Part shown: piece by piece, positions 40,908 to 50,510 of the stretch
Layout of the letters: each line of letters starts with the position of its first letter
How positions within the stretch are numbered: position 1 is the stretch's first letter
NCBI GenBank assembly: GCA_021846685.1
Contig: JAJZWL010000005.1
Location: 4,722 to 68,721, forward strand
DNA: 64,000 nt
Direction of reading: 5' to 3'
Source of the DNA: a bacterium
GTDB lineage: Bacteria; Patescibacteriota; Dojkabacteria; JAKAPS01; JAJZLI01
Translations under genes and position numbers: made by a program
The notes under the pieces: generated by a model
The model's database searches: none
What the model was told of the DNA's origin: nothing
Seen by the model: only the letters and a program-made list of their open reading frames with translations

Positions 40908-41636
40908 ATGTATAGCAATATTAGTAATAAAGATTTAGAATTATTAACTTTTATAAATGAACATCCTTGCCTTTCAAGTCAGGATATAAGTCTTTTTTTC
41001 GATATTAAACTTTTTACGCTAAGAACTAGGCTAAGAGTTCTTTGTGAATATAAATTTATATCTTTTTTAACAGTGTCTAGTTTTAAGGGGTTTAAATATT
41101 ATTTTTCTACCAAAAAGGGCAATAAAATGATAATAAAAGCTTCTAATAAATTTAATAAATTTGATACTTCTGAAAAAAAGCTTTTTTTACGTCATATTAT
41201 TGAATCTAATGACTTTTTTATACATTTGAAGAAAATTTCATTAGATAATGGATATAATTTTTCAGATTGGGTATCGGATGTTAACACTGCCATACTATTT
41301 AAATATAATGGTTCTTCATATAAATTAATTCCAGATGGATACTGTATGTTTAAAGATATCAATATATATTTAGAGTTAGATAGATCTACTGAGTCATTTT
41401 TCAAGATATTAAGAAAAATAGAAGTATATTCTAATTTTTATCTTTCTATGGGATATAAAAAATATTTTTCTGAATTTCCTATGGTTATATTTATATTTCC
41501 TGATTTAAAAAGGGCTAAATTTATTCAAGATAAAGTAGAGGCTTATATAACGTTAAAAAAATATAAAGAGGAGCTAAATTTTTTCTATTTTTTTGATAAA
41601 TTAGACTTTTATAAAAATACTGAGAAATATTTATGA
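40908..41636 (+). CDS. Replication-relaxation (Replic_Relax) family protein: wHTH plus PD-(D/E)XK-like domain
   Basis: N-terminal wHTH (RLRVLCEYKFI), LRHIIESND, LIPDGY, IYLELDRSTES and KIEVY motifs. Confidence 0.8.
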   Translation: MYSNISNKDLELLTFINEHPCLSSQDISLFFDIKLFTLRTRLRVLCEYKFISFLTVSSFKGFKYYFSTKKGNKMIIKASNKFNKFDTSEKKLFLRHIIESNDFFIHLKKISLDNGYNFSDWVSDVNTAILFKYNGSSYKLIPDGYCMFKDINIYLELDRSTESFFKILRKIEVYSNFYLSMGYKKYFSEFPMVIFIFPDLKRAKFIQDKVEAYITLKKYKEELNFFYFFDKLDFYKNTEKYL

Positions 41637-41648
41637 TATAATTTTATT

Positions 41649-42437
41649 ATGAATAAAGAGTATGTACTAATAACAGGAGCAACTAGCGGAATAGGGTATG
41701 AATTAATGCTTCTTTTTGCCAAAAATAAATATAATTTACTCTTAGTATCCAGAAACAAAGAAAAACTTAAAAATATAAAAACAAAAATTGAAAAAAAATA
41801 TAAAATCCATATTGAATATTTAGATATAGATCTATCAGAGTCTGATTCTGCAGAAAAAGTTTATTATTTTATTACAAACAATAAATTAAATATCTCAATA
41901 TTAATTAATAATTCGGGGTTCGGACTAAAAGGGAAATTTGAAGAGAATGATCTTCAAAAATATGAAGAAATGGTTAATCTTAATATTTTAACATTAACTA
42001 AATTGACCTATTTGGTACTTCAAGACATGAAAAAGAGAAAGAAAGGTAAAATTTTAAATCTTGCTTCAGTAGCTGCATTTCTTCCTGGTCCATATATGAG
42101 TGTTTATTTTGCTACGAAAGCGTATGTGCTTTCGTTCTCGGAGGCTTTGTTTTTTGAAAATTCTGCTGATAATATTACTATTACAGCTTTATGTCCTGGA
42201 TCTACTAAAACAAACTTTGCCTCAGTTGCAGGATTCAAAAGTAAAGATTCTTTTAATAAAAATGCAATGAGTGCTTCTCAAGTAGCTTTGATTGGATATA
42301 AAGGGTTAATGAAAGGAAAACGAGTTGTTATAGCAGGAGGGTTAAATAACTTTTCTGTATTTTTCATTAAATTTATTCCAAATCGATTAATTGGCAAAAT
42401 GATTCTCAGGTTTAATAATTCAAGTTCAGCTAATTAA
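41649..42437 (+). CDS. Short-chain dehydrogenase/reductase
   Basis: ITGATSGIG, LINNSG and YFATK (YxxxK) motifs. Confidence 0.92.
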   Translation: MNKEYVLITGATSGIGYELMLLFAKNKYNLLLVSRNKEKLKNIKTKIEKKYKIHIEYLDIDLSESDSAEKVYYFITNNKLNISILINNSGFGLKGKFEENDLQKYEEMVNLNILTLTKLTYLVLQDMKKRKKGKILNLASVAAFLPGPYMSVYFATKAYVLSFSEALFFENSADNITITALCPGSTKTNFASVAGFKSKDSFNKNAMSASQVALIGYKGLMKGKRVVIAGGLNNFSVFFIKFIPNRLIGKMILRFNNSSSAN

Positions 42438-42470
42438 ATCAGTTATAATCTAGTTTAGTATTATAAATTT

Positions 42471-43088
42471 TTAGAGTAATTTAGATTGCTCTTTGAAAAA
42501 AATTTTTACTTCATCCCAACTAACATTAGATATAAGATTGATTAAAGTATGATCATTGTCTGCCATTTCAAAAAAAGTTAAAGATTTTATGTAATGAAAC
42601 TGATTAATATCATTTTCACCAAATTTTTTTGAAAATATATTAAATAGATCTGTAATTTTATAGTAATTTTTCAAAATGAAATATAAATCATAAAAATCTT
42701 TTTTTAAACCTCTGCTACCAATTGCTATTATTTTCATAAGGGCAATATCTTTTATTGAAGCTAAATAAATATTATTATATATTTCCTTTTTATCTATAAG
42801 TGGATATTGATAAAGAAAAAAACTTATTTCACACTCATTGGAAAAACCTCGTAAACTTCCTTCTGTAATTGTAACTTTCTTTAATTTAAGCACTCTATTT
42901 AGCGATTTTAATAGCATATCACTATCAAATGTATTATGAGTAAAAAAATCTAAATCATAAGAGATTCTATGTCCAATTTGCAATGAGAGAGCTGTTCCAC
43001 CAGCAAGGTAAAAATTATTTATAGTTTTTATATCTTTTAGTAAGGCCAGAGCATTTTTTGCTCCGGTGTTGATTGTCTTGTCAAACAT
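42471..43088 (-). CDS. AbiEii/AbiGii-family nucleotidyltransferase toxin
   Basis: FYLAGGTAL-HRISYDLDFF, MK...RG..KDFYDLY motifs. Confidence 0.88.
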   Translation of the reverse strand: MFDKTINTGAKNALALLKDIKTINNFYLAGGTALSLQIGHRISYDLDFFTHNTFDSDMLLKSLNRVLKLKKVTITEGSLRGFSNECEISFFLYQYPLIDKKEIYNNIYLASIKDIALMKIIAIGSRGLKKDFYDLYFILKNYYKITDLFNIFSKKFGENDINQFHYIKSLTFFEMADNDHTLINLISNVSWDEVKIFFKEQSKLL

Positions 43089-43330
43089 GAAATAGGATTT
43101 GAAATATTAAAATAATTTTTAAAGAAGTATGCTGTGCGCCTACTTATTTCACTAGAATGAATAATAGTATCTATAATTTCTTTATCTGAAAATAATTTTT
43201 TAATTTCTTTAAAATCTTTTAAAGTTCCTTGGTCAAGTACTCGCCCTATTATATAATTTTTATCTTTATGGATGTCTAATTCTTTAAATTTAACATCATA
43301 AAAATATCGTTCAAATTCCTTAGGTATCAT
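43037..43330 (-). CDS. DUF6922-like putative antitoxin
   Basis: YFYDV-LD-DKNYIIGRVLDQG; overlaps the AbiEii start. Start moved to MIPKEF. Confidence 0.75.
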   Translation of the reverse strand: MIPKEFERYFYDVKFKELDIHKDKNYIIGRVLDQGTLKDFKEIKKLFSDKEIIDTIIHSSEISRRTAYFFKNYFNISNPISCLTRQSTPEQKMLWPY

Positions 43331-43443
43331 AGAATCATTATAGCAAACAGGCCAGTAATACACAATTAACTATATTGTTGTTTTATATAACTTGAAACAC
43401 TGATTCTTGAAATATTAAGTTTTTTTATATATACTAGGTTTCT

Positions 43444-43554
43444 ATGAAAAGAAAAAAAGGAAGAATAAAAGAGAAATTAAAAGCAAAAGAGCAAAGAATT
43501 TCTATTAATAAGAGAAAAAGAGCTAGGTTATTAGCTGCTGAAGAAAAAAAATAG
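43444..43554 (+). CDS. Very small basic peptide, 36 aa
   Basis: Not in the ORF track. MKRKKGRIKEKLKAKEQRISINKRKRARLLAAEEKK; TATACT lies 8 nt before the ATG. Confidence 0.45.
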   Translation: MKRKKGRIKEKLKAKEQRISINKRKRARLLAAEEKK

Positions 43555-43571
43555 ATATTTTTAATCTGCGT

Positions 43572-44330
43572 CTATAATAGTCCCCATTTTTTAATGTAAT
43601 CAATATACCCTTTGTAAAGAAGTACTTTTCTTTTATATCCAAGTTTTTTTGTGGTTTGTCCATATAGGTGAGTAACTTTTGCTTCAGACAGAAAATAAGT
43701 GTTTATTCTATGTTTTTTCATTTTTCTGAAAAAATCCACATCATTAAAATATAAAGGAAATTGTTCATCAAAAAGTCCATATTTGTCTAAAACAGATTTT
43801 CTTATTAAGATACATGTAGCTTGAGGCTGATTAACTTCTCTTGAGTCATTATGATCCCAATAAGATAATTTATATTCACCAAAAATTTTTGATTTTTTAG
43901 TTAAATCAAAAAAACTTTTCATTACATTTATAAAAGTTGGAAAATTCCTACATGATTTTTGGATACTATTGTCTTTATTTAGTAATTGTGGTGCAGCTAT
44001 AGAGTATTTTTGATTATTATCTAAGAAAACTTTTAATTTTGTGATTGCATTATCTTTGACAATAGTATCAGATCCTAAAAGTAATATATATTTACCTTTT
44101 GAATGTAAGTATCCAATATTATTAGCTTTTGCAAAGTAGGTATTTTTTTTGTTTTGGATAACTTTTAAATTTTTATACTGAAGTTCTAATTTTTTAATTT
44201 TTATACTGTCATTAGAACTATTGTTAATAAGTATTATTTCATAGGTAAAATCTAGATTTTTAATACTTTCTATACACTTTTTTGTTAGATTATATGTATT
44301 CCAATTAACTATAATTATAGATAATTCCAT
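43572..44330 (-). CDS. GT2 glycosyltransferase (WbbL-like)
   Basis: SIIIVNWNT, FAKANNIG, IQKSCRNFP and FDEQFPLYFNDVD motifs. Confidence 0.9.
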   Translation of the reverse strand: MELSIIIVNWNTYNLTKKCIESIKNLDFTYEIILINNSSNDSIKIKKLELQYKNLKVIQNKKNTYFAKANNIGYLHSKGKYILLLGSDTIVKDNAITKLKVFLDNNQKYSIAAPQLLNKDNSIQKSCRNFPTFINVMKSFFDLTKKSKIFGEYKLSYWDHNDSREVNQPQATCILIRKSVLDKYGLFDEQFPLYFNDVDFFRKMKKHRINTYFLSEAKVTHLYGQTTKKLGYKRKVLLYKGYIDYIKKWGLL

Positions 44331-44333
44331 GAT

Positions 44334-45050
44334 TTATTTATAAATATGATTATATTTGTTTTTTAATTTATTAATTCTGTGAAAGTATTCAAATATATCT
44401 TTTATTGAAAGTTTTGAGGCTCCCAGAGTCCTATCTTTAAACTCAATAGGTATCTCTTTTATTTTTAAATTCTTTTTATAGAAATAATAGAGTATTTCTA
44501 CCTGGAAAAGATATCCATTAGATTTTATATTTCGAATTATTTCTTTATCAAAAACACTCGCTTTGATTATTTTAAATCCTGAAGTACAGTCATTGTAAGG
44601 GAGTTTTAATATTTTCTTTGTAAAAGCATTTCCGAATTTTGAATTCATTCTCCTAGAAAAGCTCCACTCCTTAGGTATACTTCCTCCTTCTGTGTACCTA
44701 GATCCAATCACTACATCATATTTGGAAGAATAGTTTATGAATTCTTTTAAATATTTAGGATCATGAGATAAATCTGCATCCATTTGAATAATATATTTTG
44801 CATGCATTTTCTCTATTGCATACAAAAATCCTCTTTTATAGGCATCTCCTAACCCTTTTTTGTCCCCTTCTATAAGATGGATATGGTTATTTCTTTTTTG
44901 AGCCTTTTTAATATAGTCTGCAGTTTTATCAGGAGATTTATCATCTACAAAAAGTATATCCACATCAAGTTTTGTTGCAAAAATCTTTTTTATAATTTTC
45001 TCTATATTGAGTCTTTCGTTATATGTAGGTATTATTATTACATATTTCAC
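44334..45050 (-). CDS. Polyprenol monophosphomannose synthase (DPM1/Ppm1-like GT2)
   Basis: IPTYNE, VDDKSPDKT, QMDADLSHDP, GSRY and DCTSGF motifs. Confidence 0.9.
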   Translation of the reverse strand: MKYVIIIPTYNERLNIEKIIKKIFATKLDVDILFVDDKSPDKTADYIKKAQKRNNHIHLIEGDKKGLGDAYKRGFLYAIEKMHAKYIIQMDADLSHDPKYLKEFINYSSKYDVVIGSRYTEGGSIPKEWSFSRRMNSKFGNAFTKKILKLPYNDCTSGFKIIKASVFDKEIIRNIKSNGYLFQVEILYYFYKKNLKIKEIPIEFKDRTLGASKLSIKDIFEYFHRINKLKNKYNHIYK

Positions 45051-45180
45051 TTTATTTAGGAGTATATAAGATAATAGAACATTATAGCATTTTTATATTA
45101 AAATTGATTAATTTTATGGATATATCGAAAGGCTTTTAGATTAAAAATTTTAATGTTATACTTTCAAAAAAAACATAATT

Positions 45181-46989
45181 ATGACAATAAAAAACTTTTT
45201 TAGTAGTATTCAGAAAAATAGTACATCCTTTTTTATAAAAAGACAAAATACTATAGTTTCAGCTGCCTTTATAATAATGGCTGTTACAGCAATTTCTAAG
45301 ATTTTAGGCCTTTTTAAATTAACACTATTGGCTAATATTTTTGGATTATCACGTAGTTTAGATATTTTTTATGCAGCAGATTCTATTCCTCAAATATTTT
45401 TTAATATATTAGTTTTAGGATCTTTTAATACTGCACTTATTCCTGTAATAGGGGAGTTGGTATTTAAAAAGAAAAGTGAGACTATGTGGAAAGTATTTAA
45501 TTCATTTTTAAATATATTTGCATTAATATTACTTGTAGTTGGTATATTAGGTATAATCTTTGCAAGAGAAGTAGCAGAATTATTTATTTATTTGGCAGCA
45601 GCATATAGATCTTCTACAATTCCAAACTTTAGACCTTCAGATATTACTTTAATATCTTCTTTAATGCAGATACTTTTTATATCTCCTATTATCCTGGGTA
45701 TTTCATTTATATTTAGCTCTTTATTGCAAGTATATAAAAGATTTCTAGTGACTCAGGTTGCTACTGTTCTATATAATTTAGGCTTCATAATAGGAATACT
45801 ATTTTTTACTCCATTTTTAGGAATCTATGGTCTTTGTTGGGGAATAGTATTAGGAAGTGTTCTTCATTTATTAGTTCAATTTCCAGTAGCAAAATATCTA
45901 GGATTTAGTTATAAAAGTGCAATTTTAGGTTTTAAGAATAAATATATAAAGGAACTATTTGTACTTTCTTTACCTAGATTTATAGGGATAGCTTTTTCTC
46001 AATTAGCATACTTTGTAGAATCTTTTATTGCTTTTGCTTTAGTTCCAGGATCTTTAACTGCATTTAATTGGGCTACTAGTTTGTATCTTTTTCCTGTAGC
46101 TGTAATAGGATGGAGTTTTGCGCAAGCATCTTTTCCTACCCTTGCCGAGGAGTCTTCTGCAAATATGTTAGAGACTTTCAAGAAAACTGTCTCGAAAACT
46201 GTAAATCAGACTTTATTTTTTGTTATTCCTATCTTTGTGGTCATCTTAATTTTAAGGCTTCCTATAGTTCGATTAATTTTAGGGCCAGGATCCAATAGTA
46301 AATTTGGATGGAATGATACAATATTAACATCTTGGATACTTTTATTTTTGTCTTTATCTATCATTGGTCAAGCGATTCTATCAATACTTATAAGAGCTTT
46401 TTATTCTTTAAAGGATACAAAAACTCCAGTTATTGTTGAAATATTGACTTTTATTTTAAATATAATATTAGCTTTATATTTTGTCCGAGTTTTTGGGAAT
46501 TTCCCTGTAATATCTCCTACTATTGGGAATATATTTAATATTAATAACTATATACATTTTAATAGTAAATTTACATGGAAAGCTATTGGTGGGTTAGGAT
46601 TTGCATCAGGGATAGCTGTTACACTAAATGTACTAGTATTAATATATCTTTTAGGTAAAAGGTTAAAAGGATTTTCTTTTAAAGAATTTTATCTTCCTGC
46701 TATAAAGAAACTTTCAAGTGGAGCTTTTATGTCGGTTGTAATGTATTTTGTATATAAGCTTTTGTCTACAATATTTAATACATCAAAAACTGTGGATGTT
46801 ATATTTCTATTTTTGATTACTATATATATAGGTTTATCGGCATATTTTATAGCAGCCTTCGTATTAAATGATTCTGATTTAGATCTTTTAACAAGAGGAG
46901 TATATGCTTTTAGAGATATTCTTTATGGTAAAAAATTAAAAGGTATATCAGGTGTTGATGACAGTATATCTAATTCCCCAGAGAGTTAA
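45181..46989 (+). CDS. murJ: MurJ/MviN lipid II flippase
   Basis: About 14 TMs; SKILG, FYAADSIP, YNLG, LPR, LFPVAV, RAFYSLKDTKTP motifs. Confidence 0.9.
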   Translation: MTIKNFFSSIQKNSTSFFIKRQNTIVSAAFIIMAVTAISKILGLFKLTLLANIFGLSRSLDIFYAADSIPQIFFNILVLGSFNTALIPVIGELVFKKKSETMWKVFNSFLNIFALILLVVGILGIIFAREVAELFIYLAAAYRSSTIPNFRPSDITLISSLMQILFISPIILGISFIFSSLLQVYKRFLVTQVATVLYNLGFIIGILFFTPFLGIYGLCWGIVLGSVLHLLVQFPVAKYLGFSYKSAILGFKNKYIKELFVLSLPRFIGIAFSQLAYFVESFIAFALVPGSLTAFNWATSLYLFPVAVIGWSFAQASFPTLAEESSANMLETFKKTVSKTVNQTLFFVIPIFVVILILRLPIVRLILGPGSNSKFGWNDTILTSWILLFLSLSIIGQAILSILIRAFYSLKDTKTPVIVEILTFILNIILALYFVRVFGNFPVISPTIGNIFNINNYIHFNSKFTWKAIGGLGFASGIAVTLNVLVLIYLLGKRLKGFSFKEFYLPAIKKLSSGAFMSVVMYFVYKLLSTIFNTSKTVDVIFLFLITIYIGLSAYFIAAFVLNDSDLDLLTRGVYAFRDILYGKKLKGISGVDDSISNSPES

Positions 46990-47212
46990 GTATTGTACTT
47001 ATCTTGCATAATAAATTATCTTTCATTACTATATTTTTTGAATCTATACTATATATTGTATTGCTTATATTGTTAATATCAATATTAAATACTTGTAGTG
47101 CAATACATTCATAATTATATTTATTATAAACTTCCGAAACCTTACGATCAGGGTTTTAAGTGAGGAGTCTATAAATATAGTGCAAATGTAAAGTATTTGT
47201 CAGCAAAGGTTA

Positions 47213-47274
47213 TTGACAATTGCTTTATATCTCTGTTAATATTACATTTGGCAAACAAATAATTATATTGCTAA
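47213..47274 (+). promoter_or_regulatory. groES promoter with degenerate CIRCE (HrcA operator)
   Basis: TTGACA at 47213-47218 with TGnTAATAT downstream. TTGGCAAAC-N9-TATTGCTAA at 47248-47274 compares with the consensus TTAGCACTC-N9-GAGTGCTAA. Confidence 0.55.
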
Positions 47275-47298
47275 ATTTATTTTATCTATATTACAAAT

Positions 47299-47601
47299 AT
47301 GTCAAATACTTTAAAAATTAAACCTATTGGAGATAAGATCGTTGTAAAGCCAATTACAGAAGAAAATACAACAAAAACAGGAATAGTAATTCCTGATACA
47401 GTATCTAAAGAGTCTCCTCAACGAGGTGAAGTAGTTGCATTGGGAACTGGAAAAAGAAATCGTAAAGGAGATGTTATCCCTTTTGTAGTAAAATTAGGAG
47501 AGATAGTTTTGTTCAAGAAATATTCTCCAACAGAATTCAAATTAGATAATGAAGATTACTTAATAATGTCAGAAGATGATGTATTAGGAATTATTCAATA
47601 A
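47299..47601 (+). CDS. groES: Co-chaperonin GroES
   Basis: IKPIGDKIVV, TKTGIVIPD and GEVVALGTG motifs. Confidence 0.97.
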   Translation: MSNTLKIKPIGDKIVVKPITEENTTKTGIVIPDTVSKESPQRGEVVALGTGKRNRKGDVIPFVVKLGEIVLFKKYSPTEFKLDNEDYLIMSEDDVLGIIQ

Positions 47602-47631
47602 AATTAAATTTATTTTAGATATTAAAAAATT

Positions 47632-49293
47632 ATGGCAAAAAAAGTAATATTAAACGAAGAGGCAAGAGCAAAAATTAAAGTAGGTATAGATACACTTGCT
47701 AATTCTGTAAAAATAACATTAGGCCCAAAAGGTCGATTAGTAGCTATTGGAAAGAGTTATGGGTCTCCTCAGGTAACAAAAGATGGTGTTACTGTGGCAA
47801 AAGAAATTGAATTAGAAGATCCAATTGAAAATGTAGGAGCAGCATTGATTAAAGAAGCTGCAGTAAAGACAGCTGATCTTGCGGGAGATGGAACTACTAC
47901 AGCTACAATTTTAGCTCAAGCAATTATTGATGAAGGTGTAAAAAATGTTGCAGCAGGGACTAATCCTATGTCTATTAAAAGAGGAATAGATAAAGCAGTT
48001 GAATTAGTTGTTAAAAATTTAAAAGAACAAGCAAAATCTATTAAATCTACAGAAGAAATCATTCAAGTTGCAACAGTTTCAGCAAATAATGATAATGAAA
48101 TTGGAACTCTTATAGGGCAGGTTATGGAAAAAGTAGGTAAGGATGGAGTTATCACAGTTGAAGAATCTAGAACAATTGAAAATGAAATAGAATTCGTAGA
48201 AGGTATGAATTTTGATAGAGGTTATGTTTCTCCTTATTTTGTTACAGATACAGAAAGGCAAGAAGCTATTTTAGAAGATCCATATATTTTACTTGCTGAT
48301 GTTAAGATATCTGCTATTAAAGAATTATTACCTATTATTGAAAAAATAGTTCAATCGGGTAAAAAAGAGTTTTTGATTATTGCAGAAGACTTAGAAGGCG
48401 AAGCTTTAGCAACTTTAGTAGTTAATAAACTTAGAGGTATCATAAATGTTGCAGCTGTAAAAGCTCCAGGATTTGGAGATAGAAAGAAAGCAATGTTAGA
48501 AGATATAGCTATTCTTACAGGTGGTAATCTAATTTCTGAAGAAATTGGAAGAAAATTAGAAAATACTGAGATAGAAGATTTAGGAAAATGTAGAAGAGTT
48601 GTTATTACAAAAGATGATACTACTATTATAGATGGGGCAGGAACTAAGACTGTTATAGAAGATAGAGTTGCAAATCTAAGAAAACAGATAGAAGAAGTAA
48701 CTTCTGATTATGATAAAGAAAAATTACAAGAAAGAGTTGCTAAATTTGTAGGTGGAGTTGCAGTACTTAAAGTTGGGGCAGCTACAGAAGTAGAATTAAA
48801 AGAGAAAAAAGATAGAATAGAAGATGCATTAGCAGCAACTAGAGCTGCAGTAGAAGAAGGTATTGTCGCAGGAGGAGGAGTTGCCTTGGTAGATGCTAAG
48901 ATTTATTTAAATTCTGCTGAAGGAAAAAAAGGAATTGAGAAATTATCAGTAGATGAAAAAATTGGAGTAGATATCGTTAAAAGAGCATTACAAGCTCCTG
49001 CTATTCAAATAATTGATAATGCTGGAAATCCAGATGTTTCTGGACAAGCTTTAGTTAGTACCTCTGTTGGAAATGGCAAAGGATATAATGTATTTACTGG
49101 CGAGGATCAACTGGACATGATTAAAGCAGGAATTATAGATCCTGTTAAGGTTACTAGGCTTGCAATCGAGAATGCAGCTTCAGTTGCCTCAATGTATCTT
49201 ACAATAGATGCAGTAATTGTAGATCTTCCTCAACCTGAGAGCTCTCCAGCACCAGATATGGGTGGTATGGGAGGAATGGGTGGAATGATGTAA
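47632..49293 (+). CDS. groEL: Chaperonin GroEL
   Basis: [25 protein letters not shown] and the GGM-repeat tail. Confidence 0.99.
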   Translation: MAKKVILNEEARAKIKVGIDTLANSVKITLGPKGRLVAIGKSYGSPQVTKDGVTVAKEIELEDPIENVGAALIKEAAVKTADLAGDGTTTATILAQAIIDEGVKNVAAGTNPMSIKRGIDKAVELVVKNLKEQAKSIKSTEEIIQVATVSANNDNEIGTLIGQVMEKVGKDGVITVEESRTIENEIEFVEGMNFDRGYVSPYFVTDTERQEAILEDPYILLADVKISAIKELLPIIEKIVQSGKKEFLIIAEDLEGEALATLVVNKLRGIINVAAVKAPGFGDRKKAMLEDIAILTGGNLISEEIGRKLENTEIEDLGKCRRVVITKDDTTIIDGAGTKTVIEDRVANLRKQIEEVTSDYDKEKLQERVAKFVGGVAVLKVGAATEVELKEKKDRIEDALAATRAAVEEGIVAGGGVALVDAKIYLNSAEGKKGIEKLSVDEKIGVDIVKRALQAPAIQIIDNAGNPDVSGQALVSTSVGNGKGYNVFTGEDQLDMIKAGIIDPVKVTRLAIENAASVASMYLTIDAVIVDLPQPESSPAPDMGGMGGMGGMM

Positions 49294-49305
49294 AGGATCT
49301 ATATC

Positions 49306-49359
49306 TTGAAAAAACTGACCATATTTTATATAATACTGTCAGGGAACTGACAGTATTAT
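49306..49359 (+). promoter_or_regulatory. Promoter overlapped by a perfect 13-bp inverted repeat (operator and/or groEL terminator)
   Basis: TTGAAA-17-TATAAT at 49306-49334; ATAATACTGTCAG-GGAA-CTGACAGTATTAT at 49330-49359, ending in the ATG. Confidence 0.65.
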
Positions 49360-50497
49360 GAAATATATAGATAGATTACTTTACAACAAAATACCTGAAT
49401 TGATAAAACCCAATAAGGTTCTCATTATATATGGACCAAGAAGAGTTGGTAAGACTTTTATTTTGAATAAATTCTTATCAGAGTATAAATATAAATATCT
49501 CTTTGTTACAGGAGATGATAGGGTTACACGTAGATTACTTGAAAATCAGAATTTAAGTGAAATAAAATCATTTATTGGGAATAATGATCTGTTTGTTATT
49601 GATGAAGCTCAGAAGGTTAAAAATATAGGAGAGATCTTAAAATTAATTGTTGATCAAATCCCCCAAATAAAAGTAATTGCGACAGGATCGTCTTCATTTG
49701 ATTTATCAAATAAAGTAGGAGAGCCTTTGACAGGGAGAAGTATCACTGAAGTATTATACCCAGTAAGTCAGATTGAGTTAAAAAATCAGATTTCATATCT
49801 TGAGACAGTATCATCTTTAGAAGAGAGATTAATTTATGGTTCATATCCAGAAGTAATAACTTTAGATACAATGGATTCTAAAAGATCTTATTTGATAGAA
49901 CTTACAGACTCCTATCTATTAAAAGATTTAATGGATTTAGAAAATACAAAAAGTTCTAATCTATTAATTGATTTATTGATATTAATTGCATTTCAGATAG
50001 GAAAAGAAGTTTCTCTTCAAGAACTAGGAAATCGGTTAAATATTAGTAAAAATACAGTTAGTAGATATTTATTCTTATTAGAAAAGGCTTTCGTAATAAT
50101 TAACATTAGGGGTTATAGTAGTAATCTTAGGAAGGAAGTAACACAAAATTCCAGATATTACTTTTATGACAATGGTATAAGGAATGCTCTAATTAGAAAT
50201 TTTAATCCAATATCACTAAGGGGTGATATTGGACAATTATGGGAAAATTTTCTTTTTATTGAACGTTTAAAAAAACAAGAATATCTTAATATATATTCGA
50301 ATAATTATTTTTGGAGAACATATGATAAAAAAGAAATTGATTTAGTAGAATCAAGAGAAGGAAAATTATTTGGATATGAATTTAAATATTCAAAATCTAC
50401 TATACCAACTGCAACATCAAAAGAATGGTTATCAACATATCCAAATAGTAGTCTAAATGTTGTAACGAAAGAAAACTATCTTGATTTTATAACATAA
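49358..50497 (+). CDS. AAA_14 ATPase with wHTH and DUF4143 domain
   Basis: GPRRVGKT, IDEAQ, ATGSSS, LTGR, YGSYP, YFYDNG and YFWRT-EIDLV-YEFK motifs. Confidence 0.92.
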   Translation: MKYIDRLLYNKIPELIKPNKVLIIYGPRRVGKTFILNKFLSEYKYKYLFVTGDDRVTRRLLENQNLSEIKSFIGNNDLFVIDEAQKVKNIGEILKLIVDQIPQIKVIATGSSSFDLSNKVGEPLTGRSITEVLYPVSQIELKNQISYLETVSSLEERLIYGSYPEVITLDTMDSKRSYLIELTDSYLLKDLMDLENTKSSNLLIDLLILIAFQIGKEVSLQELGNRLNISKNTVSRYLFLLEKAFVIINIRGYSSNLRKEVTQNSRYYFYDNGIRNALIRNFNPISLRGDIGQLWENFLFIERLKKQEYLNIYSNNYFWRTYDKKEIDLVESREGKLFGYEFKYSKSTIPTATSKEWLSTYPNSSLNVVTKENYLDFIT

Positions 50498-50510
50498 TAT
50501 TTAAATTTTC

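Noticed and set aside
38466-43330. Integrated plasmid or ICE
   Set aside because: No integrase, att repeats, virB4 or compositional shift is visible, and the genes overlap housekeeping neighbours.
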